Positions 51,066-60,181 of a stretch of 64,000 nucleotides of DNA are shown one piece after another. The DNA comes from Candidatus Methanomethylicia archaeon (GTDB lineage Archaea; Thermoproteota; Methanomethylicia; Culexarchaeales; Culexarchaeaceae): contig JAVYVS010000002.1 in the NCBI GenBank assembly GCA_038727515.1, positions 160,001 through 224,000 on the forward strand, in the 5' to 3' direction. The translations under genes were made by a program, and so were the position numbers. Numbering within the stretch: position 1 is the first letter of the stretch; each line of letters starts with the position of its first letter. Under the pieces are notes generated by a model. The model saw only the letters and a program-made list of their open reading frames with translations. It did no database searches and had not been told where the DNA came from.

Positions 51066-51923
51066 TTGATTTATATTAATATGGTTAAATTGTCAATTGA
51101 TATAATCTTCATAGGGACTGGTGGCGGAAGATTTTCAATGGCTACCCAGAAGAGAAGGACTGGGGGGATTAGAATCATTAGTCCTAAAGCTAATATACAT
51201 GTTGATCCAGGTCCAGGAGCACTTGTATATTCTATTGAAATGGGTTTAGATCCACGTAAACTTGATGGAATATTGGTTTCACATGCTCATCCAGATCATT
51301 CAAATGATGTTGCAGTTTTAATTGAAGCTATGAGTGAAAGTACAACTAAGAAGCGTGGTATTCTTCTTGCATCTACAAGTGTACTCTATGGTAATGAAGT
51401 TTGTGAAAAGATTTTATCTAATTATCATAAATCAATACCGTCTCAAGTTGTTGAAGCAAAGGTGGGTGTGTCTGTGGTGATCAATGATTTAGAGGTTAAT
51501 GTTTGTAAAGCTGTTCATAGTGATCCAAGTGCTGTTGGATTTAGATTTAAGACTGAATATGGTGATTTTGCATATATGCCTGATTCAGAGTATTTTGATG
51601 ATGTTGATAAGTATTATGGTGGTGTTAGATTAATTATATTATCAGTTTTAAGAGCTCATGGTGCTCCTTGGGCTGGGCATATGAGTACTGATGATGCTAT
51701 AAAGGTTATTGAGAAAATTAAACCTGAGTATGCTGTAATAACACATTTTGGTATGCATATGATAATGAAGAATCCAGAGTCTGAATCTAAATTGATAGAA
51801 AGTATGACTGGAGTTCCCACCATAGCTGCTAGAGATGGTATGAAGATAAGGTTTAGTAAAACAATTAGTTTCACTTATACTGGAAAGCAAATGGATTTGA
51901 GAAGTTTCTTTGATAAAAGTTGA
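51066..51923 (+). CDS. MBL-fold metallohydrolase with C-terminal PIP-box-like motif
   Basis: GTGGGRF, DPGPG, SHAHPDH, THFG; tail QMDLRSFF. Confidence 0.85.
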   Translation: MIYINMVKLSIDIIFIGTGGGRFSMATQKRRTGGIRIISPKANIHVDPGPGALVYSIEMGLDPRKLDGILVSHAHPDHSNDVAVLIEAMSESTTKKRGILLASTSVLYGNEVCEKILSNYHKSIPSQVVEAKVGVSVVINDLEVNVCKAVHSDPSAVGFRFKTEYGDFAYMPDSEYFDDVDKYYGGVRLIILSVLRAHGAPWAGHMSTDDAIKVIEKIKPEYAVITHFGMHMIMKNPESESKLIESMTGVPTIAARDGMKIRFSKTISFTYTGKQMDLRSFFDKS

Positions 51924-51933
51924 TTTATATATC

Positions 51934-52653
51934 TTATAATGACAAGTTTAATGTGATTTTCTGTATTTCCTTAAAAATTTCTGTTTTAATTAATTCTTCT
52001 ATATCTCCAAGTTTCTTTTCTATGTCATATTGAAATGGTATTTTACTTAATATCTTTACTTTTAATTTTTCTATCTCCTTTACTTCTTCTTCGTTTAAGA
52101 CCATATTTACTATTATTCCAATGATTTCTGCATTTTGCTCTAAAAGTAATTTTATCAGTTTATTTACTGTTTCCATTGCCAGTTTTGATGGTGTTGTTAC
52201 TATTATGAATTTTATATTCCATTCTATCCTTAACATATCTAGTATTATATCGCTTATTCCAGGTGGAGCATCTATTACTAAATAATCTAGAGACTTCCAT
52301 TTTGTTATTGTTAATATTTCCATTAATGCATTGGATATTTCTTTTCCACGTAATGGTATTGGATTATTTTGTGTATAATACGTTATTGACATGTACTTTA
52401 TTCCATATATTTCTGGTGGTATTATTCCTTTATCCTCTATTGGAGTTACATCTTTTACTCCAAGTATTACGTGTGTGGATGGACTTGTAAAATCCGTATC
52501 AAGTAATCCGACTTTATATCCCATTTTAGCTAATTGAATAGCCATTAATGTAGATATTATACTTTTACCAACTCCACCTTTACCACTAACTATTGCTATA
52601 ACATTTTTTATGTTTCTTACGTTGTTATTTATACTTGCTATTCTTGGATCCAA
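51934..52653 (-). CDS. Mrp/MinD-family ATPase, probable HypB substitute
   Basis: MDPR start, SGKGGVGKS, DAPPG; no CxxC; directly downstream of hypA. Confidence 0.8.
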   Translation of the reverse strand: MDPRIASINNNVRNIKNVIAIVSGKGGVGKSIISTLMAIQLAKMGYKVGLLDTDFTSPSTHVILGVKDVTPIEDKGIIPPEIYGIKYMSITYYTQNNPIPLRGKEISNALMEILTITKWKSLDYLVIDAPPGISDIILDMLRIEWNIKFIIVTTPSKLAMETVNKLIKLLLEQNAEIIGIIVNMVLNEEEVKEIEKLKVKILSKIPFQYDIEKKLGDIEELIKTEIFKEIQKITLNLSL

Positions 52654-53055
52654 TTATTTCACCCCAGTTATGCTATCTATCCATATTCCTCTTCCATCTA
52701 TTATTTCGAAATCTGGACTTCTGCATTTTGGGCATTTTATGAAGGCATGTGATACTTCTGGTATAAAGTGTATTGCTTCTTTAACACTATCCTCTAATTC
52801 TTCACCTTCAAACGTCCATGAAAATCCACATTTAATACATTTCATTTTTGCTTTTACAATTTCCATTTTGAAATCTGCATTTGCTAAGCCTTTTTCAACT
52901 TTTAATTCTAATAGAGCGAATTTGAATACTTCTAAATCTACTTGTTGTAATTCTCCAATTTTAATTACTACTTCCTTTACCTCTTTCAATTTATTTTCTT
53001 CTGCAAATTTTATTATAGTATTAACTACTGCTTCAGCCAAAGCCCATTCATGCAT
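52654..53055 (-). CDS. hypA: Hydrogenase nickel incorporation protein HypA
   Basis: MHEWALA, GELQQVD, CIKC...EAIHFIPE...CPKC, GRG. Confidence 0.95.
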   Translation of the reverse strand: MHEWALAEAVVNTIIKFAEENKLKEVKEVVIKIGELQQVDLEVFKFALLELKVEKGLANADFKMEIVKAKMKCIKCGFSWTFEGEELEDSVKEAIHFIPEVSHAFIKCPKCRSPDFEIIDGRGIWIDSITGVK

Positions 53056-53098
53056 TTAAATCCCATTCTAATTGATTAAGACTTATTTAAATTGATTT

Positions 53099-54127
53099 TT
53101 ATCTTAGCTCCTTATTTATGAAATCTATTAGATCTCTAAATTTTTCATCTTCAATCATACTGAATGTTTTTATTTCTATTTCATCTATCTTCATTTTCCC
53201 TAAACCTATTTCATATGCTCTTCTAATTTGCTCTTGTTCATGAACTTTTCTTTCAGTTAATCCCACGGAATTATAGTATTTTAATATTGCTGCTCCAATA
53301 GAATCAATTGCAACTCTATCTCCACCTGCAATTATTAATCCTGGTTCTGCTTCTTCTCCATGTGCTGGTCCACCTGAAATAAAACATTTCATTCCATCTA
53401 ATATTATCAAATCTGCTGTATATGCTAGGTTTATTTCAGCTATTAATTCACGCATTCCTGGGCTATTATGCATATATGATCTATCAGCTGGATTTATTAT
53501 TCCAACAGAATTCTTTAAGCTTAATGTGAATATTCCTCCAAATTGATGTGTTTTTAAGCATGGTAGTGATATTATTCTATCAGCTTCATAAACTGTTTTT
53601 GCAATTCTAAATCCATTAGGCCATGTTGTAGCTTTATCTGGTTTAACCCAAACCCAATCTTCTTCTTCAAAGAATGATACTTTTATATCGTATTCTTTGG
53701 CTACATTTAATATCCCATTTAATTCCATAGTCTTTTTAGTTGGAAGCCATGATGGTCCAGACATATCTCCAATTACAATCTTTTCCCTTGGAACACCATT
53801 CTTTATTAATAGTTCTAGAATTGTCTTTAATGTTTCTGGATGGGTGCTTGCTGGAAAGGGATCATGGCTATTACAATTTGGTTTTATGAGTATTCTCTCA
53901 TAAGTATTATTTAATATTTTGTTAATTCCACCAATGCCCTCTACAGCCTTTAATATACCTTCAATCCTATTGTTAGTTCTAACTATCGATATTATGCTTT
54001 TACCATTTATGGTATATACATTTCCCCTTTGTGGTTTACATTCTACTTTCTCCGCTTTCTCAGCTTTTTGTGCTGTTCTTCTAAATATTTCTCTACTTTC
54101 TGGGAATAACGTTCTTAATATATTCAA
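53099..54127 (-). CDS. DUF362 family protein
   Basis: LIKPNCNS, THPE, LKTH, LSLKNSVG, DRVAID. Confidence 0.85.
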   Translation of the reverse strand: MNILRTLFPESREIFRRTAQKAEKAEKVECKPQRGNVYTINGKSIISIVRTNNRIEGILKAVEGIGGINKILNNTYERILIKPNCNSHDPFPASTHPETLKTILELLIKNGVPREKIVIGDMSGPSWLPTKKTMELNGILNVAKEYDIKVSFFEEEDWVWVKPDKATTWPNGFRIAKTVYEADRIISLPCLKTHQFGGIFTLSLKNSVGIINPADRSYMHNSPGMRELIAEINLAYTADLIILDGMKCFISGGPAHGEEAEPGLIIAGGDRVAIDSIGAAILKYYNSVGLTERKVHEQEQIRRAYEIGLGKMKIDEIEIKTFSMIEDEKFRDLIDFINKELR

Positions 54128-54191
54128 TTCACCATCCTAAATTACATTACAATTTTTCAATTTATAGCTATATTTGTTTTTAAATTTTACT

Positions 54192-55394
54192 TTATTCCTC
54201 TTTTATTGCTTGTGATAATCTACTTATACCTTCAATTATTTGCTCTTTTGTTGGATATGTGAAGTTTAATCTCATGGCATTCCTCACACTTCCATCGGGG
54301 TAGAATGGTCTTCCAGGGACATAGGCAACTCTATACTTCTCTATGGCTTTTTGAGCTATAACTTCTGTATCTACTCCCTCAGGAGCCCATACAAATATGA
54401 ACATTCCACCCACAGGTTTAACCCATCTAGATCCTTTGGGCATATACATTTCTAATGCATTCATCATAACATCCCTTTTCTCCCTATATATCTCCTTTAT
54501 TCTTGGTAGATGTTTCTCCATTAAACCAGTTCTTAAAACTTCTGCTGCAATATATTGACTTAATGGTGATGTACATAAATCTGCAACTTCCTTTGCTAAA
54601 ACTATCTTCTCAATTATTTTCTCATTTCCAGCCATCCATCCAACTCTAAGTCCTGGTGCAATCATTTTGCTAAATGTACTCATTAGTATAACTCTATCCT
54701 CTTTATCCATAGCTTTTAATGGTGTAGCTTCAACTTTTTCATAGAGGAAATAGCTGTATGGATCATCTTCTAAGATGAGTAGATCATATTTTGATGCTAT
54801 TTCCAATAAGTGCTTTCTTCTATTTAAACTCATGGAGTATCCTGAAGGATTTTGACATGTTGGTATTGTATATATGAATTTTATCTTCATTTTTCTCCTA
54901 ATATTTTCCCTTATCTTTTCTTCAAGTACTTCTGTCTTCATTCCTTCATCATCCAATGGTATTCCAATTATTCTTGGTTGTAATGGTATAAAGGCGTTTA
55001 GAGCGGCTAAATATGTTGGGGATTCAACGAATATTATATCCCCTGGATTTATTAGTATCCTAGCCCATAGATCTAATCCTTGTTGACTTCCAGTTAATAT
55101 TACAAGCTGTTCTTCATCTTTCAATTTTATTCCTTTTGATTCCATGAATTTCAATAACTCTTTTATTAGTATACTATTTCCTCTTGTAGGGCCATATATT
55201 AGTGCTTCTTCTCCATATTCTAGTATTATCCTTTTAGTTAATTCTGCCAATTCTTCTTTTGGTATATTTTTAGGGTCTGGTATTCCTCCTCCAAAACTAA
55301 TTATGTCTTTTTGAGTAGCCCATTTTAGTAATCTACGTATTTCAGATGGTTTCATCATTTTTGAGGTTTTTGAGAATAGTTTTTCATAATTCAA
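54192..55394 (-). CDS. Class I PLP aminotransferase (aromatic/2-aminoadipate type)
   Basis: SFGGGIPD, GSQQGL, QNPSG, EDDPY, TFSKMIAPGLRVG, MRLNF. Confidence 0.92.
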   Translation of the reverse strand: MNYEKLFSKTSKMMKPSEIRRLLKWATQKDIISFGGGIPDPKNIPKEELAELTKRIILEYGEEALIYGPTRGNSILIKELLKFMESKGIKLKDEEQLVILTGSQQGLDLWARILINPGDIIFVESPTYLAALNAFIPLQPRIIGIPLDDEGMKTEVLEEKIRENIRRKMKIKFIYTIPTCQNPSGYSMSLNRRKHLLEIASKYDLLILEDDPYSYFLYEKVEATPLKAMDKEDRVILMSTFSKMIAPGLRVGWMAGNEKIIEKIVLAKEVADLCTSPLSQYIAAEVLRTGLMEKHLPRIKEIYREKRDVMMNALEMYMPKGSRWVKPVGGMFIFVWAPEGVDTEVIAQKAIEKYRVAYVPGRPFYPDGSVRNAMRLNFTYPTKEQIIEGISRLSQAIKEE

Positions 55395-55515
55395 TTATGG
55401 GCACCTCAATAATCATGTATTTCCGACGACTACTTTAATTCAAAGTATTAATAAGGGTTTTGTTCTCTCAATTCTTGAATAAATTTTTCTTTTAGTTTAC
55501 TATTGCTTTTATTGT

Positions 55516-56907
55516 ATGAAGGTTGAAGATATTTTAAGGTATTATTCTATGGATTTTGTTAGGAGTGAAATTTTGAGTTATTGTGTTAAGCGTTGGGTTG
55601 CTGTTGAAGCTAAAGAAGATGATAAAAGGATTTTCTTTAGGTATATGTGGAGGAATGGTCCACCATTATCTTTTGTAGATGAAGATTCTTTCCAACACTT
55701 TATTGATAGGCATAAAGGTGTTAATATTAGAAGTTTTTATGCATCTATTAATGTTTATAATCGTTTAGATAAGCAGGATGATGTTGGAAATATTGATAAT
55801 ATTTTTAAATGCACTCCAATTTGGGATATTGATGGTTCACTTAATAATGTTAAATTGACTTTAGATGTTGCAAAGGTGATACTGGATTTTCTCGATAGTA
55901 AAAATGTTTCTAAGTCTGTTTATCTTAAATGGTCTGGTAGAGGCCTCCATATACATCTCCATGAAAATGCAATTTCAAGTGATGTTCTAAGTAAGATTCA
56001 TCCACTTGATATCGCATATGCTATTGTTGAGTATGCTATAAATGAATGTTTAGATGAAATTAGGAGTATTGTTTCAAAGGCTTCCAATTTAGATAGAGAA
56101 TTTAAAGTTGAGAATAAAGTAGATATTCAACGAGTATTTACATGTCCTTTATCACTTCATAGAGATTATGATATTGTAGCTGTCTGCTTCAAACCTGATG
56201 AATTAGATGATTTCGATATATGCTGGACTAATCCAGAATCTATTAAACATAATAAGGATTGGAGGATTTATGTGGAAGGTGAAGCTGATGAATTAGCTTT
56301 AGAAGCTTATAATAGAGTTGGTGGATACATAGTTAAAATGGGTAAGAAAACTAAAGCTAGTGGAGGTGACTTGAAACTTCTAAGTATTGTTAGAGATATA
56401 CCTAGAATTAGAGGGGGTATTGGTAGATTTCAAGTTATGGCTTTACTACAGGCTGCAAGATACTATGTTTTAAAGGGGGATTTAGATAGAGCTAAAAGTT
56501 TTGGTTTAAATAGAGCTATATTTTATGCATGGGCTAAGTATTATAAACCTAAATATGGATTCAGTAGGAGGGATAAGTTTGGCATAGGTTCTGAAGATAA
56601 ATACTCTTTTGAGAGTTTAGGAGATGAAAGAGTTCCAGTTTCAAGTGATGGTAGGTATATTATAGGTGGAGTTAAACAATCTTCAAAGGATTTTGATAGG
56701 GAAGTTGCAATTAAAATTAATTCTGTAGTTCCATTTGATCTAGCATGGGAAGCAGCTTTAGATTATGTTAAACGATTCTCAAAGAGTGTGTTAGAGAGTC
56801 AACAGGAATTTTATAAAAGGGTTTATGAACCTGTTAGAGATAGTTTTGTAAATATAGTTCAAGAATATCTAGCATTTAAGAAGCTTAAGGGTGATGGTAG
56901 AATTTAA
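55516..56907 (+). CDS. Archaeo-eukaryotic primase (PriS-like) domain fused to an uncharacterised helical domain
   Basis: WDID (DxD), KWSGRGLHIH, RVFTCPLSLH; C-terminal GRFQVMALLQAAR...AKSFGLNRAIFYAWAK. Confidence 0.72.
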   Translation: MKVEDILRYYSMDFVRSEILSYCVKRWVAVEAKEDDKRIFFRYMWRNGPPLSFVDEDSFQHFIDRHKGVNIRSFYASINVYNRLDKQDDVGNIDNIFKCTPIWDIDGSLNNVKLTLDVAKVILDFLDSKNVSKSVYLKWSGRGLHIHLHENAISSDVLSKIHPLDIAYAIVEYAINECLDEIRSIVSKASNLDREFKVENKVDIQRVFTCPLSLHRDYDIVAVCFKPDELDDFDICWTNPESIKHNKDWRIYVEGEADELALEAYNRVGGYIVKMGKKTKASGGDLKLLSIVRDIPRIRGGIGRFQVMALLQAARYYVLKGDLDRAKSFGLNRAIFYAWAKYYKPKYGFSRRDKFGIGSEDKYSFESLGDERVPVSSDGRYIIGGVKQSSKDFDREVAIKINSVVPFDLAWEAALDYVKRFSKSVLESQQEFYKRVYEPVRDSFVNIVQEYLAFKKLKGDGRI

Positions 56908-56917
56908 GTTGATATCT

Positions 56918-58117
56918 TCATGTTTTTAAATTATACTCTATTTCTAACCCTTCCACCTTTTCCTTATTCTCTTCTATCCATTTCTTAACATAGCTACATT
57001 CCACAATTACCTTCTTCCCCCTACTTTTAATGTATTTAATTGCTTCTTCAACTATTTTTGATGCTAATCCTAAACCTCTATATTCTGGTGGTGTATATGT
57101 ACTGAGCATTTTAATGACATCCTCTGATTCCTCAATTTTATGGTACGCTCTCTTTCCTTCTTCTAATTCTAAGTAGAATAATCCATTACTAAATTTTACT
57201 TCATTCATTTTTGATTTTATGACTCTAACATATTTTGCTGCTGAGAGTGCAGCCATACATCCATCTCCTACAGCTACAGCTACTTGCATTCCTCTTCCAG
57301 TTACATCTCCAGCTGCATAAACACCTCTAATATTCGTTTCTTGATTTAAATTGACATTTATGTATCCATTTTCATTTACATATATTCCTGCAGCCTTATA
57401 TATTTCGGTCTTCGGTTCTTCAACACCAACTATAAATACTGCTGCCACATTCAATTCCATTTCACCACTCTTTGATTCAATCTTTAACTTTAAATCATCA
57501 TTTACTTTTTGAATCTTCAGTATTTTCCCTTCTATAATATTAACTTTCTCATATTTTGATGTTTCATCAACAAGTTTCTTGGATGGTGCTTCCATTACCA
57601 CGTAGATCTTCTCAGCAAACTGGTTTAAAATAGATAATTCATTTATAACTTCCTCCTCATATCCCGTGATTATTACATTTTTCCCTCTATATAATGGAGC
57701 ATCACAAGTTACACAATAACTTACACCTTTACCTATGAGTTCGCTTTCTCCTTCAAATGTAATTTTCCCTCTTTCTCTCCCAGTAGCTATTATTATTGAG
57801 TAACCTTTATATTCTCCACTTTTGCATTTAACTTTTTTCACAATTCCATTTAATTCTAAACCTAAAACTTGTTCTGGGTAGATTATTTTTGCACCAAATT
57901 TTAATGCTTGATTATACATTTTCATACCAAGGTCTAATGGATTCATTAGGAATGTAATTCCAGGATAATTGTCCAAGTGCTTCATTTTCGTCAAATTTCC
58001 TCCAGGAGCCGTTTTCTCTACTACAAGTGTTTTTAATCCGATTTTTGATGCTTGTATTGCTGCAGATAATCCAGCTGGACCTGCTCCTATAATTATCAAA
58101 TCGTATATTTCATTCAT
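56918..58117 (-). CDS. Thioredoxin-reductase-like flavoprotein fused to a C-terminal GNAT (YjdJ-like) domain
   Basis: IIGAGPAGLSAA, GVSYCVTCD, GVYAAGD; C-terminal TYTPPEYRGLGLA...ECSYV; ATG 58117 after GTGAT. Confidence 0.82.
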   Translation of the reverse strand: MNEIYDLIIIGAGPAGLSAAIQASKIGLKTLVVEKTAPGGNLTKMKHLDNYPGITFLMNPLDLGMKMYNQALKFGAKIIYPEQVLGLELNGIVKKVKCKSGEYKGYSIIIATGRERGKITFEGESELIGKGVSYCVTCDAPLYRGKNVIITGYEEEVINELSILNQFAEKIYVVMEAPSKKLVDETSKYEKVNIIEGKILKIQKVNDDLKLKIESKSGEMELNVAAVFIVGVEEPKTEIYKAAGIYVNENGYINVNLNQETNIRGVYAAGDVTGRGMQVAVAVGDGCMAALSAAKYVRVIKSKMNEVKFSNGLFYLELEEGKRAYHKIEESEDVIKMLSTYTPPEYRGLGLASKIVEEAIKYIKSRGKKVIVECSYVKKWIEENKEKVEGLEIEYNLKT

Positions 58118-58148
58118 ACTTATCACGATACATATTTCATGGTAGAAT

Positions 58149-58739
58149 TCATATTTCTTTTGGTTTAATAAACCTGTATCCAAGGGTTTTTAATGTTTCC
58201 ACTAGGTATTTCTGTTTGGAGTTTCTTTCCACGGCGCATATTGTTCTGTAAGCGTCCTCTAGATCCATCCCAACTGCAAAGACTCCGTGTCCTCTAACTA
58301 TTACAGCTTTATTTTTACCTATATTTTCAATTATTCTCCTACCTAATTCTATTGTTCCACTTTTCCCTTCAATAACCTTTATATTATCCATGGTATATGC
58401 AACTTCCAATTCTAATGGTTCTATTTCATTAAAGAAGTATGATAATGCTATTGAGTATGGCGGATGTACGTGTATAATTGCCTTGTAATCCGTATTTATG
58501 TATATTTCCCTATGTACAAGTGTTTCCGTTGATGCATATCTTTCGCCTTCACTCCCCCCATGTATTGATATACATATTATATCTCTAAATGTTAGATCTT
58601 CTAATGATGCTCCCCTACGCGTTATATACATGTTTTCATTGATTTTTACACTAATATTACCACCATGTCCACAAACAAAACCTTTCTCTGTAAGTTTTCT
58701 ACCATACTTTGAAATTTCAAAATAAATGGGATTCTGCAT
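58149..58739 (-). CDS. Class II aldolase/adducin family protein
   Basis: GGNIS, STETLVHREIY, IIHVHPP, RGHG. Confidence 0.88.
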   Translation of the reverse strand: MQNPIYFEISKYGRKLTEKGFVCGHGGNISVKINENMYITRRGASLEDLTFRDIICISIHGGSEGERYASTETLVHREIYINTDYKAIIHVHPPYSIALSYFFNEIEPLELEVAYTMDNIKVIEGKSGTIELGRRIIENIGKNKAVIVRGHGVFAVGMDLEDAYRTICAVERNSKQKYLVETLKTLGYRFIKPKEI

Positions 58740-58801
58740 ATTTCATCATAACAGAATTCTCTTTTATATCTTTAAAAATTATTTTTCTAGTTTATTAAGG
58801 G

Positions 58802-58822
58802 ATGTGTTCAATGGCAACACAT
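58802..58822. promoter_or_regulatory. Palindromic candidate operator ATGTGTT-N7-AACACAT
   Basis: Perfect 7-bp inverted repeat between divergent genes. Confidence 0.35.
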
Positions 58823-58850
58823 TTTTATATTCATATTTTTTTATTTAAGA

Positions 58851-60131
58851 TTGGTTAAAATGTTTGTCCATAAATATCGTCATATAATTTCAATTTTCTT
58901 CATGATATCTTACCTTTCTCTTTTAATATTTTCTAATTCAATTTATGCTTCAATGTATAGGGTTTACTATATTGAAGTTGATGCCGCTATTGATGCTGGT
59001 ACTGCTGAGTATATTATTAATGCATTATCTAAAGCTGAAGCCGCTAACTCACCTCTTATTGTTAGATTGAATACTTATGGTGGATATATGGATAGTATGG
59101 ATAATATTATTAATGCTTTTATGAGTTCTAAGGTTGATGTTGTGGTTTGGGTTGGTCCTCCAGGTGCTAAAGCTGTTTCAGCTGGTACTTTCATTGCTTT
59201 AGCTGCAAATTATCTTGTTATGTCTGAGGGTAGTGTTATTGGTTCATGTCAACCTAGGAGTACGACTGGTGAACCAGTTGATCCAAAGGTTTTGAATTAT
59301 GCTATTGAACGTATGAGGGCTATTGCTGAGAGGAAGTATGGTGTTAATGATAGTAGAGTTGATATTGCTGTTAAATTTGTTACTGAAAATCTAGATTTAA
59401 CTGTTGGTAAAGCTTTAGAACTCAAAATTGCAGATTTTAAAGCTAATACTTTCCATGAAGTGTTATCCATATTTGGTTGGGTTGATTATGAAGTTGTTAG
59501 AGTTGAGAGGAGTATTGCTTCTCAATTATATTCACTTTTAAATGATCCATTGATTGTTGGATTATTATTTGAACTTGGTTTTTGGCTTATCTTAATAGAA
59601 TTATTTACTGCTGGAATTCAACTTTATGGTTTTGTTGGTGCAGCAATGATCGTTTTATCTCTCTTTGGTATGGGTTTAATAGGTCCAAGTGCTACAGCTT
59701 TAGCTATGTTGATAATAGGCTCTCTACTTATACTTGTTGAATTGTATTTTCCAGGTATACAATTATTTGGCTTTTTAGGGTTGGTTATGTATGCATTGGG
59801 GATATTATTTATGTATAGGGAGCAACCATATATTGAAATTGGAGTTCCACAGTATGCCATTGTCTCTATGATTGCAATTATGGGTGGATTATTTATTGTA
59901 TATGTAAATAATGTTAGGAAAAGTTGGAGGAGGGCAAGAGGTTTGCTGGATCCGAAAAAGCTTATTGGTATGTCTGGGTTTGCTAAAACTGATATTAAAG
60001 CTGGTGGTACTGGTGTAGTTCATGTTTTCGGTGAAGAATGGACTGCATTTTCAGATGTAGATATTAGAAGTGGTCAGAAGGTGAAGGTAGTTGATGTTGT
60101 TGGATTAAGATTAAAAGTTATTCCAGAATAA
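58851..60131 (+). CDS. nfeD: NfeD membrane-bound serine protease (ClpP-like domain, TM region, OB fold)
   Basis: LNTYGG, AVSAGTFI, GSCQP, DPKV; C-terminal GEEWTA...V.VVDVVGLRLKV. Confidence 0.88.
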   Translation: MVKMFVHKYRHIISIFFMISYLSLLIFSNSIYASMYRVYYIEVDAAIDAGTAEYIINALSKAEAANSPLIVRLNTYGGYMDSMDNIINAFMSSKVDVVVWVGPPGAKAVSAGTFIALAANYLVMSEGSVIGSCQPRSTTGEPVDPKVLNYAIERMRAIAERKYGVNDSRVDIAVKFVTENLDLTVGKALELKIADFKANTFHEVLSIFGWVDYEVVRVERSIASQLYSLLNDPLIVGLLFELGFWLILIELFTAGIQLYGFVGAAMIVLSLFGMGLIGPSATALAMLIIGSLLILVELYFPGIQLFGFLGLVMYALGILFMYREQPYIEIGVPQYAIVSMIAIMGGLFIVYVNNVRKSWRRARGLLDPKKLIGMSGFAKTDIKAGGTGVVHVFGEEWTAFSDVDIRSGQKVKVVDVVGLRLKVIPE

Positions 60132-60181
60132 ACATCAACCTTTTATTTACCATTGAACATAATTTATTTCTGGGTTTATAC

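Noticed and set aside
58118-58183. Overlap between the aldolase and TrxR-like ORFs
   Set aside because: It disappears with the ATG at 58117, which has an RBS and starts just before the FAD motif
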